From assembly GCA_004022145.1 (NCBI GenBank), contig RCNU01000002.1: a stretch of 64,000 nucleotides of DNA; one strand, written 5' to 3'. The stretch's first letter is position 1; each line of letters opens with the position of its first letter. The stretch is from Paecilomyces variotii. Its lineage: Eukaryota. The translations under genes and the position numbers were made by a program. Of this stretch, positions 1-11,340 are shown one piece after another. Below the pieces are notes generated by a model, which was not told where the DNA came from, did not search any database, and saw only the letters and a list, made by a program, of their open reading frames with translations.

Positions 1-1525
1 AAGGTTATTTTGCCGGCGCAGGGCAAAAGGTCGAGAGCGACAAAAAGAAGATGGTTCTCATTATGGATGAAGTCGATGGAATGTCAGCTGGTGACCGGGG
101 TGGCGTTGGCGCCCTAGCTGCTGTTGCCAAAAAGACCCGAATTCCACTTATCCTCATCTGCAATGACCGAAGACTTCCAAAGATGAAGCCTTTCGATCAT
201 GTAACATTTGACTTGCCCTTCAGAAGACCGACTGCCGATCAGATACGGGCGAGGCTCTCAACTATCTGTTTTAGGGAGGGCTTGAAGATTCCGCCTCAGG
301 TCTTGGACGGGCTGATTGAAGGCACTCATGCCGATATACGCCAAGTCATTAATATGCTCTCTACAGTGAAGCTCGACCAGCAAAATCTTGACTACGACAA
401 GGGCAAAGAGTTGTCGAAAGCATGGGAGAAGCACGTTATCCTGAAGCCTTGGGATATCGTCAGCAAGATATTGAGCGCCCAGATGTTCTCCCAAAGCTCG
501 AAGGCTACATTGAATGACAAAATCGAGCTGTACTTCAACGACCATGAATTCAGTTATCTCATGCTACAGGAAAACTATCTAAAGACGAACCCGACTCTAG
601 CTGGCGGTTATCAAGGGAAGGAGCGCAACCTGAAATTGCTCGAGCTGGCCGAAAATGCAGCCTCAAGCATTAGTGATGGTGATCTCGTGGATAGAATGAT
701 CCATGGCGCACAACAACAATGGAGTTTGATGCCAACACATGCTGCCTTTAGTTTTGTCCGCCCGGCTAGTTTCGTATCTGGTAATATGGTTGAGCGGCCA
801 ACATTTACTAGTTGGCTCGGCCAGAACAGCAAGCAAGGTATGTTATTACTGTCTAATATTTGTCCTACTGCTCGCTGACAACGTTCTCAGGGAAACTTTC
901 GCGATACATCAAAGAAATACAAGCCCATATGCGTCTTCGCTCCTCGGGCGATCGCGACGAAGTCAGACAGCAGTATTTCCCGCTTCTGTGGGACAGATTG
1001 ATCCGCAGAATGATGGATGAAGGAAAAGAGAGCGTTGAGGGTGTCATTGATCTAATGGACAGCTATTTCTTGACCCGCGATGACTGGGATGCTATGGTCG
1101 AGCTCGGCTTGGGTCCCATGGACGAGTCTAAGGTCAAACTGGAGAGTCAGACGAAAGCCACTTTTACACGCCTTTACAACCAACGGTCGCATCCTATCCC
1201 ATTCATGAAGGCGAGCAGCATTGTAGCGCCTAAGAACATACCCCGAGAGAAGCCGGACATCGAAGAAGCTATCGATGAATCGGACGAGGGAGAAGAAGTC
1301 TTAGATGCCGAGACCAAGGAAGACGATGAGAGCGAAGAGCTCGACCTCAAAAAAGACAAATATGTGAAGGTCCCGAAGAAGCCAGCCTCGAAGGGAGGAG
1401 CAGCAAAGGGGAAGAAAGCCACGAAGGGCAAAAAGGGTGGGAACCAAGAGGATTTTATCGACGACGACGAAGAGGAGGAAAAGCCCAAGAAGGGGCGGGG
1501 TCGGAAGCCTAAGGCAAAAGCCTGA
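1..1525 (+). CDS. RFC1: Replication factor C large subunit (5'-truncated by the window edge)
   Basis: Walker B region LIMDEVDGMSAGDRGG, PLILICND, and RFC1 C-terminal domain (ISDGDLVDRMIHG.QQQWSLMPTHA). Intron 838-890 (GTATGT..CTGAC..CAG) joins ORFs 51-878 and 860-1525. Acidic/Lys-rich tail. Confidence 0.96.
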
Positions 1526-2185
1526 GCATGGTTATTGCATTTCCATTCTGCCCGGTATCATTCTTAGGACTCGCGATGTCCATTTAGTGCTTTGAACGCT
1601 GTACATTTAATGCTGGAAACCGTCATGTATCGCCAGGCTATTTGCAACGGAGTGGTTGTTCAGCGGTCTGTTGCCATTCTATCATGATCAGTGCATGTAT
1701 TATAATAAAGAATTATCCATTGACGACAGCGCCTCCAAGAAGTACTAACTATGTGTAACTGGGAAGTATTCTTAGTTATGAGATGCCGTGGCTGAAGACG
1801 CGGAGTAGTTTCGACCGCCAAGGAGCGGAGCCCCATCAGCCCCCCATCAAGCCTCGGCCTCGCGACGATCTCACTCCTACACCCGTTACTAGGTACCTAG
1901 TAGAGGGAGATCATGCTTATATCGTCGCGTCCTTTACGTCTAGAATCGTTTTCTTCGTTCCTTAGATCAGGCTGGTCCTGATCGAACACGGCCCTCATTT
2001 ACTTTCTCGAAGCGTCGCAGGTGTATGTTGACCGTCCTTCACTGGATGTGATGTCAAAGAGTTCCATGCAGTTCACGACTTGATTTACCTTGTTTTCGCC
2101 TTGCTCGAGTCACACTGGCTAGGGAAGAGCTCGTGAGGCAAACACAGTTCCATTCTTTTCAGTCGACAACTCCGAAACTCGAAAG

Positions 2186-4933
2186 ATGTCTCTCCTTCAG
2201 AATGAAGAGTAAGTAGCGACTGGTAAACCCCCACCGCTATGTGAAAGTCTGCCACTGTAACCATGATGCTGACCAAGAGGACTAAATGGATTCAGTTTTA
2301 CCATTTGGCAATTACGGACCTCCTATCTGTCCATGATCAAAGATGGTGTCGGCGAACGCCTCATCAATGTAAACAACAACATACTCAACACACCTGGCTT
2401 CCGCGCTGCCGGCTGGTCGTCAATATCTGCCAACCCCACCACTCAGAGTGTCGCCGCTCAAATCAAGCGCACCTATTCTCCACCCATACCTACGGCTGGT
2501 GCGGTCGCATCGGAATACTACCAGTTTGCCAGAAATGAAGAAGGGGAGAATGGGGAGAGGGGCTTCGGATTCGGGGATGAAGGCGAGGACGAGGAAGGTG
2601 GCATGGTGACAGGCGGTGGAGGTGGGACCTATACATTTGGGGTACGGCATCATGGAAGAGGAGGGAAAAGAAACCGTCGACGTGATCGGCAACAACAGGA
2701 ACAGAGGCATCGGGAGGCAGAAGAAGAAGACAGCAGTGACTTGAGTGATGAGAGTGACGAGGAAGGAGAGTCGGCACCGAGGTTAGTCATGGATATCTTT
2801 GCATTTCTCCCCTTAGAGGGAGCATTGAGAGACTCATATCCCGTACTCACATGTTGCAGGGCCGCTCAACAAATCAAATTCTCAAAGATGCCTATACGGA
2901 CCCGTGCAGGGTCCTCGCCGATAAGGGCCCTGGATCGTAACGATGGCCCCGAGCTTCTGGTGACCTCTCCCTCACGCCCGTCTACAGGCAGCTATTTCAG
3001 ACGTGGATCTATGGGTGCGGTCGATGTAGTCAAAGAACGTTCGCGTCGTGATACCACTACGAGCAGTGACATGTCCTCCGACAACGAGCTTGATCCTTCT
3101 GCATTAGACAAGAGAAGATCGATCCAGTTCTCATCCCGGAACCAGGTCATAGAGCCTTCGAAGAAAAGGTCAGACCAACGCCACTCGGGTACGGGAACCG
3201 TGACTATGGAAGAGCTGAATGAGCAGGACGAAGATTCTGGTGCTGAATCTGTCGGATCTGCTCTCTCCTCCGAGTTTGACGCTACTGCAGGATCAGGGTC
3301 ATTGCTGGAAGACGATGATATAACCGCCAGTTTAGATTCATCATCACCCATGACAATCATGCACAAATTGCGGAACAGGAGCGGATCCCAGAACGCGTCT
3401 CCTAGGAAGTCAAGGACCCCCGCAGCAGAAATAGATTTACCTCCTCCACGGCCTATCAGCACTGTTCAGCCTATCAGTCTGCTCTCCAAGGAGCTCAATG
3501 CTAGAAAGAAAGCCCCCGCGAACCCTGTGGAACGGTTTGCCATACTTTCCGGCAAAGGCTGTGACACGGCTTTGAATATCAAGATCTATGCTCCCTTTTC
3601 ATCAGAGCCAGATGAACCCTTCGAGATGCCGCTAGTGCGGGAGTCCACAGATGGTGATCCCCCAGGCCCTGTCACTGTCACCGAGGCTATCGGATTATGT
3701 CTCTGGACATACATTAAGGAAGGCCGTGAACCACCTATAGGGGGAGAGAAACTTAATGTGAACCGATGGACCTTGAGGATGGTAGAAGATGGCGAAGTCG
3801 AATATGACTTCCCGCCTCTGGGGAGGAACCTGCCGATTGCTGACTTCACATCTAACAACAACAGGGCAGCTGCATTGAGAGGCCGGTCAAGGAACAAGCC
3901 TTACGATGAATTTGCGCTTGTAGAGGCTACTCAAGCGGAATTCGAGGAGAATGAAAGACTATACCCTAAATACAGTCAAGCTGCGGCCGCTGAGGAGAGC
4001 GCTGGTGCAAGCCAGCCCGCGCCCGCTGCAGCAAATGAACCGCCAGCTGCGGCCAACAAAGCTACAACAACAACAACAACAACAACGAGGCTCAATCCTA
4101 TACTGGGACAACCGTTTTCGTCAGCTCTTAATGACACTTCACTCACACCTGCTGACCGTCCCGCGGTGCCCACGTCGCATGCCACGCCCCGTATGGGGGT
4201 GCAGAAGACACTGAAGATCCGATTTATCAACTTGGAGGCTTCGACCCAGGTCATGACGCTGAATACTTCCACTGATAGCTATATCGCGGAGATTCTCGAC
4301 TCAGTCTGCAAAAGATGGGGCCTTGACAAGGGCAATTATCTCCTCAAGGTTATGGGGTCGAACACGGTGGCACCGCTCGATCGTACCGTTGAAGCTTTAG
4401 GGAATATCACGGAGCTTGATCTCGTCCGCCGGCGTTTTGGTGCAGGTCCACTCTCTTTGACAGGCTCTCCAGGCAGCTCATCTCCTAACGCGCCACTTCT
4501 GGTTGACAGCACGACCAGCGCACCGACCAAGAAAGGCAAGAAGAGTGGACAACAGATGCTTCATCCGCTTGCACAGAAGCAAGATCTCATCGGGGGCTAC
4601 TACCGTCGATACCAGGTATTCCGCAAACAACCAATGTCATTTACTGCTTCCAACCAGCGTGTCCTCGCGTTCGATAACGACTATATGCATATCATGCCCG
4701 GAGACACTGGCAAAGGCGTCTTCGACACTAGCACCAAAACGCGGTCGATCAGTTTTAATGACGTGGTGGGATGTAAAGTCAGTCGACGCCATCCCAAGAG
4801 CTTCCGCGTCGTGATCTTGCGGGGAAACGAGGCCAACGAGCAGAAGCGGTACGATTTCGAGGCGCGCAATGCAGTGGAGGCAGCGGAGATTGTGGAGGAG
4901 ATTAAGAAAAACATGGCACATTATCGCATTTAA
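2186..4933 (+). CDS. SIN1: TORC2 subunit Sin1/Avo1 (SAPK-interacting protein)
   Basis: Spliced N-terminus MSLLQNEDFTIWQLRTSYL (intron 2209-2295). Second intron 2782-2859. CRIM-domain motif WTLRMVEDGEVEYDFPPL, Ras-binding-like segment, and C-terminal PH domain (KRYDFEA). Confidence 0.93.
4063..4086 (+). repeat. (ACA)n microsatellite encoding a poly-Thr run in SIN1
   Basis: tacaacaacaacaacaacaacaac read directly. Confidence 0.85.
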
Positions 4934-7136
4934 AGCTTTTGTCCGTCATGCCATTGACTGAGCTGAATATCTGCTACGACTTGTTTGTCACTTATGTCCT
5001 TTTTTCTTGCAAAAAAAAAGCTAAAAAAGCTTGTAACCTGTCTTGTTGGGAGCGATTGCACGTGCTGGTGGAGTCTTATAGGTCCAAGTATGTCTATTTA
5101 GTGTAGCTAGATATGGGGTTTTTTTTGTTCCCACTGATACTCTTCTATCTCATGATGCAATGTATGAAAACATCTGTGATTATTTGCATAACGAGGCAAA
5201 CTGTAGTTCCTATATAGGAGAGTGCTAGTGATTCGAGTATGCATGGTTGCGCCGCAGAGGTGGGGAAGCAAAGTCGGTCTGGCTCGACTCTTCAGACAAG
5301 CTTCTCCGGTAGAATAGTACTACGTATTAGGATCTTACAGTAAACGTTTAAATATGATATCACAAATTCTCCGAGACTCTTTAGTGATTCTCTTTGTTCT
5401 AAATCTAGACTGAGGCAGGGCGAACTAAATGAGGCGGACACGTCTCTTGATTAAGATGTCGTTAACCTCGGCACTTAAAGAGTACGGTATGTATCTAAAA
5501 CTGGATATAGACTAGAGTAGTAGGCCAAGTAGGCCTAGTGTTGGATGGAGAGCAGTGCCCAATAGCAGCTAGTTACTTAGGTTAGAATTGTCCTGTGCTT
5601 TTTAAGGATACTCTTTACTCGTTGATTGGCAACCAATAACTACCCATTAATATATCTATCAGATAATTCAGATTGCGTGTTTGAAAAGGGACCTTAGTTA
5701 CCTGTTACCTTAAGACACTCATTTTCTTCAGGTAGGATCAGGATTGAGGTAGGATTAAATAGAAGGTAGATTGATAGTCGTAACTAACTAGTAGTTTCCA
5801 ATGTCTCAAGTGCGAGGGGATCACTTAAGCAGGATTAACTGGAGTAGCTAACTAAAGACCGCCCATTCGTTAGTTGAAGTTCGGGAGTTGTCTAGCCAGC
5901 CAAACGCCGGCACGATCATCATATCGACTAATTGACCAGACTACCGTTACAGGATACTGTTATCGAATGACATACCGGGGGAGGAGTCGGGACTATGGTA
6001 CGCACATCAGATTCAGAAGTCATGCGCGCGTCTAATAATCCATATCTACCTAGAGGATTATTATCTCTCTTTCTTCTCTTCTCTCTCCGCTTTCTAATTG
6101 TCGGTCTAGGAATAATATTTGGCACTAACTAGTATTCTCAATTTCTCACGGATTTACCTAGTCTCTGCAATGAGGGAATATTGATTTTCTGTCCCCTGTA
6201 GATACAGTACCATAAATTAGACGCTGGATGGCAAAGCCTGCATGCTTCTTTCCTGGGCGTAATTGTCTCCGAGGGAAGACGGGGTTTTTGCATCATACTG
6301 GCGTACCTGACAGGATGGTTTCGAGTATTATTGGGTCTGGATATTCTCTGGGGCCTTCCGTGCACTGTCGGGGAGTTCTGTATGGTAACTGAGTTCCCAC
6401 CGCTCAGGTTCGCGGAGAAAAGCTGTAATTGACTAACTATCGGAGCGGGAGCTATTATTACTTAAGTTATACGAGCTGGGGGCAGACAGTAGGCACTGAG
6501 AGTGTGGAATAATAATAATAATATCGCACGTTCGCATCGCACCGTGATACTTTAGCCGGAAAAAGAGAGATCGAAAGGACGACTGCGACGTGCCCTGATT
6601 TCAACCGAAATTCATTACACAAGCGTCGCAGATGACGATTGTCGGCCGTGTTGGTTGAATCTAAATGATATGAATCAACCGGAGCGGGGCCTCGTCCTTT
6701 CGTGATCCACGGTTCGCCCCAACCAAACACGACGGTCGCGGAGCAAGGGAAAAGGGAAAGGGAAAAGAGAGCATCATATAGAGGAATCATGGATGCTGAA
6801 GGGTTAGATAGTGACGGTGGTGATGGTGCAATTGGAAAGGTGGGCGTTTTGCCTGTCGCGGCTGTCCTGTAGCATAACTAGCGGCTCCCCAGAGGCTAGC
6901 TAGCTTCCTGCGAATGAATGATTGAACGAAATAAATGAATGAAATGGGATAGTTAATAATGATTAATTAGTTAATTAGTTAAGAATAATGTCCGAGGGAG
7001 TTGACAGAGAACGCCTCGTCTTGAGTTATATTCTTCTCTCCCCAGGGCCTCCACTGCCTCTCCCGACTCGTCTAAGTAATTCACTAACTAGTTACTTAAC
7101 TGACTAGTAGTTAACCGCCCTGCTGTCATCCTCTCT

Positions 7137-7156
7137 GCTTGCTTGCTTGCTTGCTT
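7137..7156 (+). repeat. (GCTT)5 microsatellite in the pyrimidine-rich region upstream of the PKA gene
   Basis: gcttgcttgcttgcttgctt read directly. Confidence 0.85.
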
Positions 7157-7933
7157 GTCCCTTGAACCTGCGCTTGTTACAACCTGGTAGTCCACTCTCC
7201 AATCCACACTACTACCGGTCTCGATTCCTGCTGCTTTTCCTTGACGCTTCCTGCTTCCTGTTTCCCCGTTGCTGTTGTCGGTGGCATCACTTGTACTCGA
7301 ACCCCTCCCGACCCAAACCGCCAATTGTGGTGTCCTTTGGCAACGTTCCGGAAACGGCTTGCCGGGAGCCACTGTGTGTGAACGTTCAGCTGGAAAAGCT
7401 CACAGTGCTTCTCATTTACCAGCACGAGGGTGGAGCATCAGCGTCGCTTGAGAAAACCCCCAATCCGTGATCGTTCACGACTCCTGGCTGCGCGGGGCAG
7501 GGCTGACAGCTTCAACTCTCCGGACGCTTAGTAGCTCACTGCCATCGCAACTTCTGGGAGTAGCAACAGCAGCAGCAGCAGCATCACCGTCATCACCCGT
7601 GTTTCCTCCCTCCCAACCCCGCCCGCTCGTCTCAATTTCCCCAACCATTGCGACTGCACCACCCCCTATCTCTTCCATCCTCAGCAGTCACCAGGACGAA
7701 GTTCCTTCTCCTCGAGGAGGCTTTCCCCAGCGCTCTGCTAATCGCCAATCTCAACCTGAGAGCCCGGCGATTACGTCTATCCGCCGTCTGTCGGGAGTCC
7801 ATACCCGAGAGCTCCGAACCAAGGGCAATTTGTCGAGCCAAAGAGTCCTCGACTGGGGTCAATTGGTGCTGGACAGCTCATGATTCATCTGGCGAATTCC
7901 GTGGTAGTCTGAAACTGCTACAGATCCCTTCTC

Positions 7934-9393
7934 ATGCCGACTCTCGGAGGCCTACTGAAGAAGAAGCGGACGAAGGACTCCAACAGCCTATCAAAGGAGA
8001 TCAGTTCCTCACAGGAGACCGGCGCGGACAATCACACCAATCCCAATTCCCCCGTTGATGCAAACCATTCCAGCAACCAGTCACAGATGAACTCGACAGT
8101 AGCGCAGTCGCACCCCTCCTCGGCTTCCCAGCATCAGAATGTCTCCAGCATACACCACCTAATAAACCACCACGATGCGCAGGCGGCCGGGGGAGGGCAC
8201 CATGGAAGTCAATCACAGCAGCAGGCTGTGAAGGCGCAACCTCGACAGCTCAAAGGAAAATATCTATTGGAGGACTTCTCGATCCAGCGGACCCTGGGAA
8301 CAGGCAGTTTTGGTCGAGTGCATCTGGTGCAGTCCAAGCACAACCACCGCTTCTATGCGATCAAGGTGCTGAAGAAGGCGCAAGTCGTCAAGATGAAACA
8401 AGTCGAACACACCAATGACGAAAGGAGGATGCTGCAACGCGTCCGGCATCCCTTCTTGATCACATTATGGGGTACATTCCAGGACTCGAACAACCTATAC
8501 ATGGTCATGGATTTCGTGGAGGGTGGAGAGTTGTTTAGTCTGCTTCGCAAGTCGCAGGTAAGCGCGCTTTCCTTTCTCACTCTTGCTCTCCGCGCTGTCA
8601 ATCAGCCAGATACTGACAGCAACACAGCGTTTCCCCAATCCCGTCGCCAAATTCTATGCCGCTGAGGTGACATTGGCCTTGGAATATCTGCACTCTCAGC
8701 ATATCATCTACCGAGATCTCAAGCCCGAAAACTTGCTGTTGGATCGACACGGCCATTTGAAGATTACCGATTTCGGTTTCGCAAAGGAGGTTCCCGATAT
8801 CACATGGACTCTCTGTGGGACGCCAGACTATCTGGCCCCGGAAGTTGTGTCGTCAAAGGGCTATAACAAATCCGTTGACTGGTAAGACAGGTTCCCTAGA
8901 CATCGCAGATGTGCAACTTGCTGACCGGGGCAGGTGGTCACTCGGTATTTTGATCTTTGAGATGCTGTGCGGCTTTACACCGTTCTGGGACAGTGGTTCC
9001 CCCGTGAAGATCTATGAGAATATCCTTCGAGGAAAGATCAAGTATCCACCTTATATGCATCCCGATGCGGTCGACTTGCTTTCGCAGCTCATCACGCCGG
9101 ATCTCACGAAGCGGCTTGGCAACTTGCACGGCGGCTCTGAGGATGTCAAGAACCATCCTTGGTTCGCGGAAGTGACATGGGACCGCTTGGCGAGGAAAGA
9201 TATCGACGCTCCATATGTGCCGCCCGTTAGAGGTGGCCAGGGTGACGCCAGCCAATTCGACAAGTACCCGGAGGAGCGTGAAGCCTATGGTGCTCATGGT
9301 GATGATCCGTAAGTGGCCCTTGAACCTGGCAACTCCATCTCAAAGCAGATACTAATATGCCACAGTTACGGCCATTTGTTTTCCGAGTTTTAG
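7934..9393 (+). CDS. pkaA: cAMP-dependent protein kinase catalytic subunit
   Basis: [36 protein letters not shown] and C-terminal FSEF motif. Introns 8558-8627, 8882-8933, 9309-9365. N-terminus [16 protein letters not shown] resembles Aspergillus-type PkaA/PkaC1. Confidence 0.97.
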
Positions 9394-10305
9394 TCTCCAA
9401 TGCTTAGTATTACGATGAAACGATGCAGATGCATAGCAGAAGACGCTGGATGACAGATCTCGCCGACAATGTCCCGGTATAGTCGTTACTATCTTATATT
9501 TTGCTAACCTGCATAATCCTACCTTATACGCTCTCGTGCGGTTATATTCTAGTGTGGGGCTTTTACTGCTTCGGGCCCCTGGCTTTGGTCGCTAGTCGAT
9601 CACTCACAGTGACATCTCTTCATCTTATCTACCTGGACTGAACAGGACAATCGAATTGTGGAACTATTATTAGCTTTCTGTAGGGGGTGGCTTTCTTGCT
9701 ATCTTCCGGTGCACTGGGGCATCAGTTGGAACGCTGTGGATACCAGATCTTGCGAGGATAGGGAACGCATACATACATGTCTCTTTGTTTCAATTATTCC
9801 GCCCTGTAGAGACTAGAAATCTTAAATGGGCTGCTGTCTATGTTGATCTATATTCTAATCTGAATTCTGTCTGGAACCAAGTTTGTATGGAATATGGCCC
9901 TGTATATAGCGTTATGGTGTTCTCGACGGTTGTCCATTGTATTTGCCTTTTCTTCCGGGCTTGTGACGTCCTAGTCCGTATCCTGGATGGGTCTTCGATT
10001 CCAGTAGGCGATGTACCAAGAGAGATAACCATGCCAAGTTGTGGCAGAAATTCCAAGACTTCTATTCAGGATGACTATTCCGTCTTCTTTCCTCTTTTCT
10101 TTTCTCATAAAGGGAGAATTGCAAACAAACCAGCGGTATATCGGTCCAATATTGTACATTATAATCACACATCGGATTGAAATGGCAAACCTGCACCCTT
10201 GCCAAAAAATCCCATTTTCGGCTCATCGGACATTATTGTCATGAGTCAAGTTCATCCCGATTCCAATTCCCCTCTGTTTTTTCCTTTTCTGGAGTCGTGC
10301 AACAT

Positions 10306-10781
10306 TTACAAAAGTCCGCTACCACCCGTAGCCATGCTCGCCATGGCCGCGGAGTCCTGGCCGCCAAGCTTCTTGCTCTCCTTGCTGACGCGCGAGATGT
10401 ACGTGCGGCTAACGGTGTTCCAGGTCGAGATGTACTTTTCCATGCAGGTCGAGAGGCAGCTTTCCTCCTTGGAGGAGAGAGAGTCGCCGGGGGTAGGGAT
10501 GCAGCGGTCGAAGCAGTGTTCGTTGAGTTTCTGTTTTGGAGAGTATGAAGTTAGAAAGGCGGATTGATTTTGAGTCAGTTTAAAGGAGGGGAAAATTGGA
10601 GGGAATTCAAAGCGGAGAGAAGAGAAGGTAATGAGGGCAGACATACGCCGATAAGAGCCCGGGCGTTGGTCATGGCAGCTTCGGCTTGGAGCTGCTTCAT
10701 GATGGCGGTCTTCATTTCCTCGGAGGAATTGGGAGCAGCAGGAGAGCTGCTGCTGCTGCTGCCGCCAAAGAAGGATGACAT
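10306..10781 (-). CDS. TIM13: Mitochondrial intermembrane-space small Tim chaperone Tim13
   Basis: Exons 10781-10647 and 10530-10306. NARALIG|KLNEHCFDRC...CLSTCMEKYISTWNTVSR carries the twin CX3C motif. Confidence 0.92.
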
Positions 10782-11340
10782 GTTGAAAGGATGTATATGG
10801 AGAGATAAATGGGGAGATTTGGTTCGGATTGTTTCGTCGGGAGTATGAGAGTATGAGAAAGATCTTGTTCGCGGGCAAAGAAGGTTGCTGGGCTCTGTGG
10901 CTGGAGCTGGTTGCCTGCGCCACCTCAAGGGCCGATGTGGACACTTGGATGTTACGGGTGGAAGAGCATCCAGATCTACATCTGCCAACTTAACAATCTA
11001 CATAGCCCGACGGCGCGCCTTTCCTTTCCTCCCTGGGAAAGATCATGTCTCTGTGAAGTGCAGAAAAGTCCCGGTGACTGATCTGGACACGTCCACGCGC
11101 AGCAAAATCCATTATTTTTTTTCTATAACAAATTAAACGAGAGGGACAATTCCAATCCCGCTTTCTCCAGCTACCTTACCTCCGGTCGTTTTTTTCCTAA
11201 CCTTAGTCTGTAACGCATTGCTTCAGTTGAAACCAACCCTGCCAGCTGAAGCGCCTCTTTCTACTTCTTCCTATCCTTTGAATCGCGGAGCATCCACCTC
11301 CGCTTTTGATTTCTTGACTTGACTCGAGCCCTTCTTCGCA

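Noticed and set aside
5200..6200. Possible RIP-degraded transposon relic between SIN1 and PKA
   Set aside because: TpA-rich, but no terminal repeats, target-site duplication or transposase/RT remnant is visible, and the AT content is only moderate.
9785..10244. Short ORFs (up to 131 aa) between PKA and TIM13
   Set aside because: Non-ATG or low-complexity frames with no motifs, lying between convergent 3' ends.
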